DNA from: Centroscyllium fabricii | Taxonomy: Eukaryota | Assembly (NCBI GenBank): GCA_051313645.2 | Contig: JBNRSN020000018.1 | Coordinates: 113,212,001-113,276,000 of the forward strand | Length of the DNA stretch: 64,000 bases | Direction of reading: 5' to 3' | Shown here: piece after piece, positions 14,535 to 27,870 of the stretch | Layout: each line of letters begins with the position of its first letter | Position numbering within the stretch: position 1 is the stretch's first letter | Translations under genes and position numbers: made by a program | The notes under the pieces: model-generated | What the model was told of the DNA's origin: nothing | The model's input: only the letters and a program-made list of their open reading frames with translations | Databases searched by the model: none

Positions 14535-15394
14535 CTGTTTCTCTCTCCACCGATGCTGCCTGGCCTGCTGAGTTTCTCCAGCGTTTTCTGTTGTTATTTC
14601 TGAGTCAGAAGTGTTGGGTTCGAGCCCCACTCCAGACAACCTCAGCGACCAGAGCTTGGCTCTGAATGCTGGCTCGACATCCAGTGGGGGTACTTGGGTC
14701 CGATGGCTGCGCCCCCACCATCCTATCCCTTGGCTGCTGCCCACCTCGGAGAAGGTACTCCGAAGCTAAAAATCACAAGGAAGGCAATGGGAAACTCCTC
14801 AGCTACTTCTCCCCAGTAAGTAGCTCAAACATCTGTGTGTGTGTGTGTGTGTGTGAGCGAGAGACTTGAGTTAGGACCAGCTCTGGGGGGAGCACAACAC
14901 AACGGACTGGCAATATTATTTATCTCCATAAAAAGGGAATCTGAATTAAAATAAGATCAGTTTAAATCAAGTGCACTTTAATAATACAAAGTAGAAATAA
15001 AAGGCTGGAAATGCACTACTGCAGACAGCATCTGTAACCAGAATATATATATATATAACACGTTAATGTATGGACCCTTCCTCAGAAATTGGGTTCTGAG
15101 AAAGGACCTTTTAGCTACAGATGCTGACTGGCGTGTTGTGCGTTTACAGCATTTGTAGTTTTTCTTTAGTACTTTATATTTACTTGATTTTGGCTTTTTC
15201 ACAGTTTATGTAAGTGAAACCCCGAGTCTGATGTTACAGCCAGAGATCTCTGCAAACCTCGGCCCCCCCCCTTCAACCCCACAGATCTGTCCTGTGAAGC
15301 ACGTCCTTCTCTCGATAGAAGCGTGAGGCAGGAGAGATTGCTCTGTGATTCCTGCCGGTCCTTCTCTGGGATTCATTGACATGAATTATGAAAA

Positions 15395-16090
15395 GCCAAT
15401 GAAGTACTATTGAATGGTAATGGTAACTGTTATAATGTAGGCAAAGCGGCAGCCTACTTGAGCACAACAAAGCCCCACAAACAGCGATGACAATGACCAG
15501 ATCACCTGTTTTAGTGATGTTGGTTGAGGGATAAATATTGCCCAAAACTCTGGGGAGAGTTCCTTCTTCAAACTACAGGTTGAGCACCGGTAATCCGGCA
15601 CCCTCAGGACCACTGAAAATTCCAAACCACTAAAGGTTCTGGGGGGAGCGCATGGGTAGAACAGTCCCTGGGAGGGAGCCCAGGGATAGAACACTTACAA
15701 GCCTTAAAAAAAACAGAAATCCAAATGCCCGACGCCTTCGGCGCTCGCCCACCCTTCGCGGGAAACAGTGGCACCGCCGAGTGGCTGCTCCACAAACCAA
15801 AGACCGCCGGTTTCGATTCGTGCCGGACCACTGAAGGTGCCGGACCGTCGAGTGCTGGATTACCGGTGCTCAACCTGTAATTCGGTGAGATCTTTTACGT
15901 CCACCTGTGAGGGCAGACGGATTCCCGGTTTAACATCTCATCTGAAGGATGACACCTCTGACAGTGCAGCACTCCCTCAGTACTGCACTGGAGTGTCAGC
16001 TGACATTTTGTGCTCTGACCTCCTGGAGTGGGACTTGAACCCACGACCTTCTGACTCTGAGGTGAGAGTGCTACCCACTGAGACAAGACT
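15395..16090 (-). mobile_element. Deu-domain tRNA SINE (SacSINE1-like), interrupted by a MITE
   Basis: GCACTCCCTCAGTACTGCACTGGAGTGTCAGC and GGTTGAGGGATAAATATTG motifs shared with many copies in the window. Confidence 0.75.
15576..15877. mobile_element. Tc1/mariner (pogo/Tigger-like) MITE, subfamily A
   Basis: TIR CAGGTTGAGCACCGGTAATCC at both ends, TA target duplication. Confidence 0.9.
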
Positions 16091-16276
16091 GGCCATTTCG
16101 TTCCTCCAGCCTCTGCTCTGGAGGCCCCTCACCTGGTGGCCTGGTCAAGAATTGGTCACACTCTTTCCAGCTGTGACAGAGGACTTCAAAAGACACTGGT
16201 CACTCTAATCTAGATGGGGCAGAACAATGCTTCAGGCTCAGTCACACCGTGTTTAGACTGCCACTGAAGTGAGTGA

Positions 16277-16533
16277 TGTAATAAAGACTTACCAAGCTCT
16301 TAGTGAACATAAAGCAAGGCTTTATTCAACTTATAACATAAAGAGAGAGAACTAGTTTACAGTCACTAGCCTCCTAGTTCTAGAGTGTCTCTGTCTAAAC
16401 TGGGGCTCAGGCCCCAGTATTTATACTCCCTGGTCGGTGCCCTCGGCTGGCCAACCAGTAACTGTTCCTAGGTTGTTTGGAAGTCCAACCAGTAACTCTT
16501 CCTAGGTTATTTAGGAAGTCGTGTTTTACGACA
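16277..16533 (-). mobile_element. Solo LTR (257 bp)
   Basis: TGT...ACA termini, 4-bp TSD GTGA (16273-16276 and 16534-16537), minus-strand TATAAATA and AATAAA. Confidence 0.75.
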
Positions 16534-16704
16534 GTGAGCCTTAGACTTTCATTCTGAATTCAATTGCTCTAATGATCCCAGACCAATCTCCTCATCAGGA
16601 AGAGTATTCTCAGGGAAATGATGCCACAGCATTCTGTTACATGGATGCTGTGAGATCATGAAGGATAGAAGTAAATTTAGCACCCATTGAACTCCAGAGT
16701 GTAA

Positions 16705-18295
16705 GTAAAAGAAAGACTTGCATTCATTCAATTCAATTCAATTTATTGTCATTGTAAAGTGAACAACACAATACAATGAAATGCAAACATGCAATCTCCC
16801 AAAGAAACAATAGATATTAAAATGTCCTCTCCTGTAAGTCCCAGTCTGGTCCATAACGCCCCCCCCCCCCCGCACCAGCCACGATGGTCCCGATGCTCAG
16901 GCCCCGACGGCCCCGATGCTCCTGGCCTCGATGCTCAGGCCACGCAGGCCCGATGCTCCTGGCCCCGACACGCAGGCCCCGATGCTCCTGGCCCCGACGC
17001 TCAGGCCACGCAGGCCCCGATGCTCCTGGCCCCGACGCTCAGGCCACGCAGGCCCCGATGCTCCTGGCCCCGACGCTCAAGCCACGCAGGCCCCGATGCT
17101 CCTGGCCCCGACGCTCAGGCCACACAGGCCCCGATGCTCCTGGCCCCGACGCTCAGGCCACGCAGGCCCCGATGCTCCTGGCCCCGACACTCAGGCCACG
17201 CAGGCCCCGATGCTCCTGGCCCCGACGCTCAGGCCACGCAGGCCCCGATGCTCCTGGCCCCGACGCTCAGGCCACGCAGGCCCCGATGCTCCTGGCCCCG
17301 ATGCTCAGGCCACGCAGGCCCCGATGCTCCTGGCCCCGATGCTCCTGGCCCTGACGCACAGGCCACGCAGGCCCCGAAGCTCCTGGCCCCGATGCTCAGG
17401 CCACGCAGGACCCGATGCTCCTGGCCCCGACGCACAGGCCACGCAGGCCCCGATGCTCCTGGCCCCGATGCTCCGGTCACGACGGACCCGACGCTCAGGC
17501 CACGCAGGCCCCGAAGCTCCTAGCGCCCGGCCACGACGGCCCCGATGCTCCAGCCCCGATGCTCAGGCCACGCAGGCTCCAGCCACGACGGCCTCGATGT
17601 TACCGGTGCCTGGCCACGCTCAGAACCAGTACGGGGACCAGCGGACATCATTTTCTTGGGAGACGCAAAGCCGCTGCGTCTATGCGCGCCGCCATCTTGC
17701 CTCCATCACCATGGAGCCGGCAATCAGTGTCATATAGTGTCTTTCACGACATCGGGGCGTTACAAAGCGCTTCACAGCTAATGAAGTACTTTTTGAAGTG
17801 TAGTCACTGTTGTAATGTAGGAAACACGACAACCAATTTACGCACAGCAAGCTCCCTCAAATAGCAATGAAATAAATGACCAGATAATAGATACATTTTT
17901 GTTAGGTAAGGATTACAGAGCCAAGGCGGGTAAATGAAGTTATGATACAGATCAGCCTTGATCTCATTGAATGGTGAAACAGGCCCGAGGGGCTGAATGG
18001 CCTCCTCCTGTTCCTATGTTCCTACAATCTGTTTTAGTGATGTTGCTTGAGGGATAAATATTGGCCAGGACACCGGGGAGAACTCCCCTGCCCTTCTTCT
18101 AATAGTGCTTTGGGATCTTTTACATCCAACTGACAGGGCAGACTGGGCCTGGGTTTAACGTCTCATCCAAAATCAGCACCTCCAACAGTGCAGCGCTCCC
18201 GCAATACTGAAGGGTCGTTATGTCTCTGGAATGGAACTATGAGCCCACGACCTTCTGACTCGGGGGTGAGAGTGCGACCACTGAGCTACGACTGA
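16705..18295 (-). mobile_element. Deu-domain SINE carrying two nested insertions (16724-17731; CR1 tail 17889-18025)
   Basis: The SINE consensus resumes on either side of each insertion. AAT TSD around the CR1 tail. Confidence 0.75.
16724..17731 (-). mobile_element. Non-autonomous Rex/Babar-tailed retroelement with a 38-bp GC-rich VNTR
   Basis: Minus-strand 5' CAAGATGGCGGCGCGCATAGACGCAGC and 3' TGACAATAAA(TTGAA)n tail. Unit CACGCAGGCCCCGATGCTCCTGGCCCCGACGCTCAGGC at ~16900-17560. Confidence 0.75.
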
Positions 18296-18926
18296 TGGTG
18301 GTAGAAAGCCTTACTGTGGAAAAGTCACTATACTCCTAGCTGACTATATTTCCTCATCTTTAACTAGATCTGATCCTATCCTGACATAGATCGAACTCAG
18401 ACCAACACCCCAAACACTATAACACTCCAAAGTGACATCCAACGCAGGGACTCGAACCTGCGACTGCCTGCTTGGGATCCCGGTGCTCCAGTTGATGCCA
18501 TTTAGTGATGACATATCAATTTTATCTGTTCCATCACTAAAACCTCTTCTCCATACGGTGTGAGGGTTACACTGACTGGTGACTGTCAGCGCCATTTTAC
18601 TGCTTTCTTTCAAGAGATTCCTAAGAGTGCTCTCACTTCAAAATGCACAGCTGTATACTGTCCGTTCCTTTAACTCCAGAGTGAAGTTACATTGTCTGCT
18701 TAAATTCCTGATTCCAGTTCTTTTTTGAGCCCAAGTACATTTTCTTAAAGTAAAGCCAGTCACTCTGGTATCATAGGAACAGGAGGAGGCCATTCAACCC
18801 CTCAAGCCTGTTCTGCCATTCAGTTAGACCATGGCTGCTCTGTACTTCAATTCCATTTACCCGCCTTTGCCCTAACTTCCCGACCAAAGTAACAGATGAC
18901 ACTATTAAAAAAAGTATGAAGTCCTT

Positions 18927-19395
18927 AGGGGAGGCGGTGGTTTAGTGGTTATGTCACTAGACTAGTAAGCCAGAGGCTCAGTCAAATGCTCTGAGGATAT
19001 GGGTTCAAATCCCACCACGGCAGCTGGTGGAATTTAAATTCAATTCAGTTTAATTCTGGAATTAAATGTTAGTCTTAGTAATGGCGACCGTGATACCATT
19101 GTCGATTGTTGCAAAAACCCATCTGGTTCACTAATGTCCTTTAGGGAAGGAAATCTGCCGTCCTTACCTGGTCTGGCCTGCATGTGACTCCAGACCCACA
19201 GCAATGTGGTTGACTCTTAATGCCCTCGGAAATGGCCTAGCAAGCCACTCAGTTGTAAACAACCGCTACGAAAAACAATAAGACTGCAGCGGTTCAAGAA
19301 GGCGGCTCACCACCATCTTCTCAAGGGCAATTAGGGATGGGCACTAAATGCAGGCCGAGCCAGCCAGCCCATCAATGAATAAAAAAAATAAAAAA
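18927..19395 (+). mobile_element. tRNA-derived SINE, copy 3 (family of 1975-2448)
   Basis: Near-identical reverse complement of the satellite-embedded copies, with a poly-A tail. Confidence 0.9.
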
Positions 19396-19869
19396 TCCTG
19401 GGGTAAAGGTTATGTGTGGTGACATTGTAGATACTTTCAGAAAGAATGCAATGCTGCAAGTAGGGAGTAACCTGCGTGATTCTGCCCCCACTTTCAGCCA
19501 TAAAGTGTTGTGTTTGTCTAGATTTCTCTAGCTATATTTCATGTGGGAAATTTTCAGAAAATTATTTCAACAGATGGTGTATGTTAGAAAACGGTGGTGC
19601 AATTTGAAAGGTGTAAAGACATTCTGTACTCGGAGTTGGTTTGCATACGGCTTACCTTTACGTGCTCTGCTCCTGTGGTGTGAATTGAAATGGGACTGGA
19701 CCTCATACACATTGGTTCCCGAAGTAACTCCCATCTGTCTCAATTTGGCTATCACTTGGGTACCGTCTGGATACCGTCTCTGTGGCTGAACTGCAAACGT
19801 CTGAGGCCTGCAGTAGCAAGGGAATGATGGAGCCACTATTTTAGAATTAACTCGGGCAGCTGATCAAGG

Positions 19870-20130
19870 CCAACAACAACAACTTGCATTTATAGAGCGC
19901 CTTTAACGTTGGTAAATGTCCCATGGTGCTTTGCAGGAGTGTAACCAGACAAAGATTGACACCAAGCCAAAGAAGGACATATTAGGTAGAGTGACTAAAA
20001 GCTTGGTCAAAGAGCGAGGTTTTAAGGAGGCTCTTAGAGGCGGAGAGACAAAGGTTTAGGAAGGGAATTCCAGAGCTTTGTGCCTAGACATTTGAAGGCA
20101 CAGCCGCCAATGGTGGAGCGAAGGGAGTGG
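19870..20130 (-). mobile_element. L2-type LINE 3' fragment
   Basis: AACAACAACTTGCATTTATA..GCGCCTTTAAC tail. Related pieces at ~24265, ~31948-32290, ~40090-40300 and ~43805-43955. Confidence 0.6.
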
Positions 20131-20159
20131 GGTCGGGTGAGTTTTTCACTTTGCAAAAA

Positions 20160-20605
20160 ATGAATGAATTTACATTTATATAGCGCCTTTCACAACCTTG
20201 GGAAATCTCAAAGGCCTCCACAGCTAATGAAGTACTTTTTGAAGTGCAGTCGCTGTTGTAATGTAGGAAAGACGGCAGCCAATTTACAGACAGCAAGCTC
20301 CCACAAACAGCAATGAGATAATGACCAGATAATCTGTTTTTTTAGTGATATTGGCTGAGGGATACATATTGGCCAGGACACTTGGAAGAATTCCCCCGCT
20401 CTTCTTCAAAGTAGTGCCATGGGATCTTTTACATCCACCTGAGAGGGCAGACGAGGCCTCTGAAAGATGACAGCTCTGACAATGCCCCACTCCCCTCAGT
20501 ATTGTCCTGAAATGTCAGCAGAGAATATGAGCTCGATTCTGTGGAGTAGTTATTGACCCCATGACCTTTTGAATCAGAAGAAGGAGTGGTACCGCTGAGC
20601 CAGGA
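20160..20605 (-). mobile_element. Deu-domain SINE
   Basis: Same Deu motifs. Further copies at ~22435-23405, ~35145-35450 and ~61520-61790. Confidence 0.75.
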
Positions 20606-21125
20606 CTGCCATGTTCCATTCATGACTGTATTCTGCTGATGGGTAATTTCCAATTTGCATCTTACAATATGCCAGTGAAATTCTGATTCTGCCCTCTGCA
20701 CAGCCTACTTTTCTTAAATCAAATTAGCTTAACTTGAATTATTTCTTAATTTGAATTGAAATTGTACAAAAACACCTACTGAGCTGTTTTATTAAAATTA
20801 CCCAATTTGAACTTCAAATCAACAGGAGTAGATTGTATACAAGTTAAAATCTCATGCTCATGCGACAGTAGTGTTACTGGACGAGTTATCCAGTGGCCTG
20901 GACTAACAATCCAGAGAATGTGAGTTCAAACCCCACTACGCCAGTTTGAGTTTTTGAATTCCGCTGAAAGAATCTGTGACCAGTAAAAGTGGCCACGAAG
21001 CTGTCAGCTTGTTGCAAAACAAAAACCTAACTGGTTCACTAATTTAGGGAAGGGTACCTGCCGTCCTGATCAGAACTGGCCTATATGCAACTCCAGTCCC
21101 ACGCCAACTGTTAACCTGCCTTCTC

Positions 21126-21710
21126 AATTCAATTTAATTCAATTCAATTCAAGTTTTATTGTCATTGCAGAGTACTAGTACAATACAACGAGATGAAGAC
21201 TCGACGCTCCCGAGAGTAGTGCAAATAAATTACATGCAAATTGCATACAGTAAAGTACATTTTCAGGTGTGCAGGTACTGGAGTTTATTTTTAGAGTTCA
21301 GGAGGCTGACAGCCCTGGGGAAGAAGCTGTTCTTAAATCTAGTCGTGCGGGTGCGAATTGATCTGTAGTGTCTCCCGGAGGGCAGGGGGGCGAACAGACT
21401 GTGGCTGGGGTGTGTGGGGTCTTTAATAATGTTCAGAGACCTCCGTAGGCAGCGTTTGAGGTAGATGCTTTCCATTGACGGTAGCTGGGTACCGGTGATT
21501 CGTTGGGCAGTTTTGACTACCCGCTGCAGGGTCTTCCGGTCCGAGATGGTGCGATTTCCATACCAGACTGTGATGCAGCTTGTCAGTATGCTTTCGATTG
21601 TGCAGCGGTAGAAGTTGGAGAGGATGCCGGATGACAGCCTGGCTTTCTTCAGCTTCCTTAGGAAGTACAGGCGCTGTTGGGCCTTCTTAACCAGAGAGGA
21701 GGTGTCTATG
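21126..21710 (-). mobile_element. Rex1/Babar LINE 3' fragment, inserted in an older SINE (20860-21780)
   Basis: KKAQQRLYFLRKLKK..FYRCTIESILTSCITVWYGN..LPSGRHYRSIRTRTTRFKNSFFPRAV and a TGACAATAAA..(TTGAA)n tail. Confidence 0.85.
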
Positions 21711-23736
21711 TAGCCTATGAAAGGGCGACCCACTACCGGCTTCCCAGGGCAACTAGGGATGGGCAATAAATGGTGGCAAGAACAAATTAAAAATAATGTT
21801 AAAAGTTTACCAGGCACGCTTGAAGCATTTAGTCACGGAGATCTCTGAGGTCACGTGACTGTCCAGCACTTAACTTGGCAGCTTCCCTCTCTTCAGATTT
21901 ACACTTCTTTCTCATTTAATTTGATTTACTCCAAAGTGTCAGTTAAATGGCATTGATTAAGCTTCATTGCTGCCGTCGGGATTATAAAAAATGTTAAAGC
22001 GATGGACTGGTGAGTGTTTTGTCTGAGAACCAACGCATGTGTCTTTTGAGAAATGCTGCATCATCGTCAGAAAGCTTTCAAATTAGGATTATCAAGTCTT
22101 AACAAAAATATGTTAAGTTTCTTGCTTTGATCAAGTGAACAATAGCACCTAAGAAGTTCATCCACTGTCCTGCCATCGGATAGCTTAATTTGAAAATAAT
22201 TGAGTTATGGGCCTCCTGGCTGACAGAGTAACTGGTTCGAAAAAGGCACTTAAGAGAAGTAATTTAAAACAAGAGTCGTAGATTTTTGGAGCATTGTTCA
22301 AGAGGATTATGAGCCTATAGGTGAATTTGTAGGGGAGTTTCAGAATGTTCCAACTAACCTCAGTCGTCTTTTGTTGCATTTCTCAATTGTTAAATGCGTT
22401 GACGGTACTGCTGCAGATGTGTGGCGAAACTGGAAGAAAGAAGGAATTTCTCCAGTGCCTTTCACAACCTCAGGATGTCCCAAAGCGCATTACAACCAAT
22501 TAAGTATTTTTGGAAGTGTAGTCGCCGTTGTAATGTAGGAGAACGTGGCAGCCAGTTTGCGTACAGCAAGCTCCCACAAACAGCAATGTGATAATGGCCA
22601 GATAATCTGTCTTTTTTAGTGATATTTGAGGAATAAATATCATAAGAACATAAGAATCATAGAAGATAGGAGCAGGAGTAGGCCAATCGGCCCCTCGAGC
22701 CTGCTCCGCCATTTAACAAGATCATGGCTGATCTGATCCTAACCTCAATTTTATTTTTACTCTCCATCCCGCCCAAACCAGTTCATTAAACATATTCAAG
22801 AGGGAATTGGATATATTTCTTCAAGCTAAAGGGATTAAAGGTTACGGAGAAGAGGCGGGGACGGGGTACTAGCTTGCTAAAGATCAGCCATGATCTCATT
22901 GAATGGCGGAGCAGGCTCGAAGGGCTGAATGGCCTACTCCTGCTCCTATCTTCTATGATTCTATGAAACCCATGTGATCACCCGGGAGAGGCGAAAAACC
23001 AGATAAAAAACCCAGTGGCCAATTTGGGAGAAGAAATCTGGGAAATTCCTCCCCGACCCATCTAGGCGATCGAAAACTGGTCCAGGGGATCACATGGCCG
23101 ATCTGAACCTAGCCTCACGTCCACTTACCTGCCCGCTCACCATAACCCCTAATTCCCTTTACTTCCAGGAAACTGTCAATCTCTGTTTTAAATTTTAAAT
23201 TTTAAATATCGGCGGCACACCGGGGAGAACTAACCTGCTCCTCTTAGAAATAGGGCCGTGGGATCTTTTCCGTCCACCTGAGTGGGCAGACGGGGCCTCG
23301 GGTTAATGCCTCACCTGAAAGACGGCACCTCCGACAGTGTAGCACTCCCTCAGAGCTGCACTGGAGTGTCAGCCTAGATTTTGTGCTCAATTCTCTGGAG
23401 TGGGATGCCTCTATGCAGCGATGGCAAGTTGCTTTATGTTGTTTTCCACAACACGACGCAGGGAGATAAGATGTAAATATCTGAGCGGTTTTTGAAGCAG
23501 GATGCTGAAGCTGCAAAGGGGGAGGCATGGCGACGCATGTCAGCACTAAGTCACATGCCTCGTGATCGCATGTTTGGGGTTTAACCTCCCCCCCCCCCCT
23601 CCCCAATGCTTGTATGACCTGTCTTTATGGAGGTGTCTCTCTTTGTTTAAAACTTTTCATTTGAGAGAGGTGGGGGTGGGGAGGGTGAAAAACACAGTCA
23701 GGTACCATAGCTGTCAGTTTACACTACCAAAAACAG

Positions 23737-24175
23737 AATCAGAGAATCACACAGCACAGAAGGAGACCATTCTGGCCATTGTGTGGGTGCCGGCTCTTTC
23801 AAGGAGCTCTCCAAACAGTCCCACTCCCTGGCTCTTGCCCCCATAGTCCTGCAAATTTTTATCCTCTTCAAGTATATATCCAATTCCCTTTTGAAACTTA
23901 CGGTTGAATTTGCCTCCACCACCCTTTCAGGCAGTGCATTCCAGATCATAACAACTCGCTGCTTTAAAACAATTCTCCTCATCTCCCCTCTGGTTCTCAA
24001 GCCACTTGCCTTCAATCTGTGTCCTCTGGTTACCGAGCCTCCTTCCAGTAGAAACAGTTTCTCCCTATTTACTCCAACAAAACTCCTCATAATGTTGGAA
24101 CACCTCTATTCAATCTCTGCTTAACCTTTGCTGCTGGAAGGAGAAGAATCTCAGTGCCTGTAGTCTCTCTACATA
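23737..24175 (-). mobile_element. CR1 LINE 3' fragment
   Basis: TRGHRLK..QRVVMIWNALPERVVEANS..FKRELDIYL. Confidence 0.85.
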
Positions 24176-24369
24176 GACCAGGTTATTGCAAATCAAGTTT
24201 ACTGCAACTTCGGAAAAAAATCAAAAATTGCAGCATTGGGCATTGATGGTGGCAGTCTCTACTGCAACAACAACTTGCATTTATATAGCACCTTTAACAT
24301 GGGGAAATGTCCCACGGTGCTTGACTGATGCATAGGCTGACAGAAAATTGACACCGAGCTAATGTAGGA

Positions 24370-26040
24370 GCTCTGGGGGCTTTCAATGTCCATGATAAAG
24401 GGTGGCTCAGTAGAACCATCACTGACTGAGCTGGCTGAGTCATTCAGGGCTTAGCTGCCAGACTGGGACTGCAGCAGGTGCTGAGTGAACTAACATGAGG
24501 GAATAACCCACATAGAAACATAGAAGATAGGAGCAGCAGTAGGCCATTCAGCCCCTCGAGCCTGCTCCGCCATTCAATGAGATCATGGCTGATCATCCAA
24601 ATTCAGTACCCTGTTCCTGCTTTCTCCCCATATCCCTTGATCTCTTTAGCCTTAAGAAATATATCTAACTCCTTCTTGAATATATTTAATGAATTGGCCT
24701 CAACTGCCTTCTGTGGTAGAGAATTCCACAGGTTCACCACTCTCTGGGTGAAGAAATTCCTCCTCATCTCTGTCCTAAATGGCTTACCCCTTTTCCTTAG
24801 ACTATGACCCCTGGTTTTGGACTCCCCGGCCATCGGGAACATCCTTCCTGCATCTAGTCTGTCTAGTCTGTTAGAATTTTGTACGTTTCAATGAGATCCC
24901 CTCTCATTCTTCTAAACTCCAGCGAGTATAAGCCCAATCAACCCAATCTCTCCTCATACGTCATTCCTGCCATCCCAGGTATCAGCCTGGTATCAGCTTG
25001 ACCTCATCCTCACCAATCTACCTGCCGCAGATGCATCGGTCCATGACAGCATTGGTAGGAGGTGACCACCGCACAATCCTTGTGGAGACGAAGTCAAGTC
25101 TTCATAATGAGGACACCCTCCATTGTGCCGTGTGGCACTACCACCATGCCAAGTGCGACAGGTTAGTAACAGATCTAGCAGCTCAAAACTGGGCATCCAT
25201 GAGGCGCTGTGGGCCATCAGCAGCAACAGAATTGTATTCTTCTACTATCTGCAACCTCATGGTTCAGCATAATCCTCACTCTACCATTACCAACAAGCCA
25301 GTTGACCAACTGGCTTGGTCAATGAAGAGTGTAGAGGAGCTCAGAGCAACATCCATTGTGCCTGAAAATGAGGTGCCAACCTGGTGAAGTTACAACACAG
25401 GACTGCATGCATGCTAAACAGTGGAAGGAGCATGCTATAGACAGAGCTCAGTGATCCCACAACCAATGGATCAGGTGAAAGCTCTGAAACCCTGCCACAT
25501 CTAGTTGGGAATGGTTGTGGACAATTAACCAACTAATGGGCAGTGGTGGCTCCATGAACATCCCTATCCTCACGTGAGTGCAAAAGACAAGGCTGAAGCA
25601 TTTGCAACCATCTCCAGCCAGAAGTACAGAGTGGATTATCCTTTTCGGCCACCTCCTGAGGTCCCCACTATCACAAGTGCCAATCTTAAGCCAATTTGAT
25701 TCACTCCACAAGATATCAAGAAATGGCTGAGTGCACTGGACACAGTAAAGGTTACGGATCCTGGTAACAACCCAGCTGTAGTGCTGAAGACCTGTGCTGC
25801 AGAACTAGGCGCACCATTAGTTCAAATACAGCTACAACACTGGCATTTTCGCGACAATGTGGAAAACTGCTCAGCTATGTCCTGTCCACAAAACGCAGGA
25901 TAAATCCAATTCAGCCATCTACTGCTCTATCGGCCTACTCTCAATCACCAGCAAAGTGATGGAGTCATCAACAGTGCTATCAAGCAGCACTAACTCACCA
26001 ATAACCTGCTCACCGATGCTCAGTTTGGATTCCGCCAGGA
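24370..26040 (+). mobile_element. Decayed CR1/L2-group LINE ORF2 (endonuclease to RT start), interrupted by a CR1 tail at 24512-24992 (-)
   Basis: LDLILTN and GDH(RT) endonuclease motifs, WKTAQLCPVHK..DKSN..IGLLSITSKVME RT entry, many stops. Confidence 0.7.
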
Positions 26041-26683
26041 CCCCAAGGTTTCTTAATCCAGCACGGTGCGCTGCAGTATGAAACCTGCTGTTTACCTTGG
26101 CGAATGTCATCGACCTCACGCTCTAGCCCAATCACTTGTGAACAGATTGGTCTTCCCCGGACCGTCTTTGCATCATAACTTGAGGAAACTGGCCAAGTAA
26201 CAGGGTCTCTGGCAAACCGCTTTCTGACGTGTCCATCAATTAACATTAGTTCTGAAATGCATGCATCAGTAAATAATTTATGTCAGGCTGCAGTTTCATG
26301 TTTACATCAAACACTTTCCAAGTTGTAAATAACACAGAGTATTGGCTTTTAAGACCCTCTTTTATGTCTTATGGAATCAATATTGTCTGTTGCAGATGGC
26401 AGTCTGGCTGTGATAGATGAAGCGCTCACTAGCCTCCAGTAACTAAGTTGACTTTCATGATTCTTTGTTATTTGACACATTAATATTCTTTTTCAGAAGG
26501 GCTTTTACACTTCTCACCATAATGCTGACGACAGGCCAATTTCTACTTCACGTATACATTCGATGTAATTGCACTTTGCACAAAAGAACCTGGGCAGGGA
26601 GATGAGGAGAACTTTTCTTTTACGTAGCGAGTTGTTGTGATCTGGAACGCACTGCTGAAAGGGCAATGGAAGCCGTTTCAGTG

Positions 26684-27030
26684 CAGGTTGAGCACCGGTA
26701 ATCCGGCACCCGATGGTCCGGCAGCTTCAGTGGTCCGGCACGATTGGAAACCGGCGCTCTTCAGTTTGCGGAGCAGCCGCCCGGTGGCGCCACCATTTCC
26801 CGCGAAGGGTGAGCGAGCGCCAAAGGCGTCGGGCGTTTGGGCTTCTGTTTTTTTAGGCCTTGTAAGTGTTCTATCACCGGGCTCCCTCCCGGGGAGTGTT
26901 CTACCCGCGCGCTCCGGGCCACGGGGAGTGTTCTACTGCCCGCTCCCCCCGAACCTTCAGTGGATTGGAATTTTCAGTGGTCCGGCACCGGCCTGGTCCC
27001 GAGGATGCCGGATTAACGGTGCTCAACCTG
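26684..27030. mobile_element. Tigger-like MITE, subfamily A (opposite orientation), inside a CR1 tail
   Basis: CAGGTTGAGCACCG TIRs. Flanks TG/TA. Carries two copies of the internal 32-bp unit. Confidence 0.88.
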
Positions 27031-27832
27031 TAGTAACTTTCAAAAGAGAATCAGATATATACGTGAAATGGAAAGATTTGCAGGGCTACGGGAAAATAGC
27101 AGGGGGAGAGTGGGACTAATTGGGTAGCTTTTTCAGAGAGCCAGCACAGACACGATGGGCTGAATGGCCTCCTCCTATGCTGTATGAGTCTGTGATGATT
27201 CTATGACTTCTGTTCGCTAATGGCAAAAATACGATAAATTAAGATTTAATTGCAGCCCCCATACATTTGGGAAACAAGTGATTATTTTGAAAAGAATATT
27301 TGAAAGAGTTCAGCAAACCCTACTGTCTTATACACTTCATTTAGCAAAGGCAACACATAAGCATCAGTGCATGTATGATCCCCTTTTCTTATCAGCAGCC
27401 TAGTGAAGCAACATCTGTAATATATCTTACTACAGAGAAACATTGTTGCTGAGAGGATTTTGAGAGGATTAATCTTGGTACATGTGCACATCATGCCACT
27501 GTTGAATAGATGAGTGCTTATGCATATGTGCCATACACAGTGAGGGCTGAATCACATTAGTGCTCCGAAGCATCAGAACTACCCTGAAGGAGGTTTGGAG
27601 GCAAAACACTTTACCAATTAAATCTGTGATTTTCAAAGTGAAGGGCGCATGGATGTGGCCCGTTATTGGGCGCCTGACCAATGTGCGCAGACAGCCTGAA
27701 CCAGGAGGCCCGGGGTTTCCCCTCGAGCCTCATTTGAATATGCCAGATGTGGAGGTGCCGGTGTTGGACTGGGGTGGACAAATGCAAGAAGTCACACAAC
27801 ACCAGGTTATAGTCCAACAGTTTTATTTTAAA

Positions 27833-27870
27833 TCACAAGCTTTCGGAGCGTCTGCCCCTTCGTCAGGTGA
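27833..27870 (-). ncRNA. Minimal hammerhead motif (second tandem copy at 27946-27983)
   Basis: UCAC-CUGACGA-A-GGGGC(AGAC)GCUCC-GAAA-GCUU-GUGA on the minus strand. Confidence 0.72.

Larger units (their letters stand above)
14206..14598. mobile_element. Penelope-like element terminus (family B) as an inverted repeat
   Basis: Inverted arms and a 15-bp TSD TCTGAGTCAGAAGTG at 14191-14205 and 14599-14613. Same terminus as the GIY-YIG-bearing copy at 53440. Confidence 0.85.

Noticed and set aside
16789-17864. Long Pro/Ala/Arg-rich ORFs (also 32752-33506, 33474-34328, 52121-53152)
   Set aside because: Open in several frames and on both strands because GC-rich VNTRs lack stop codons.
19574-19789. 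Possible + strand exon starting MVYVRKRW
   Set aside because: No domain similarity or convincing phase-matched neighbours.
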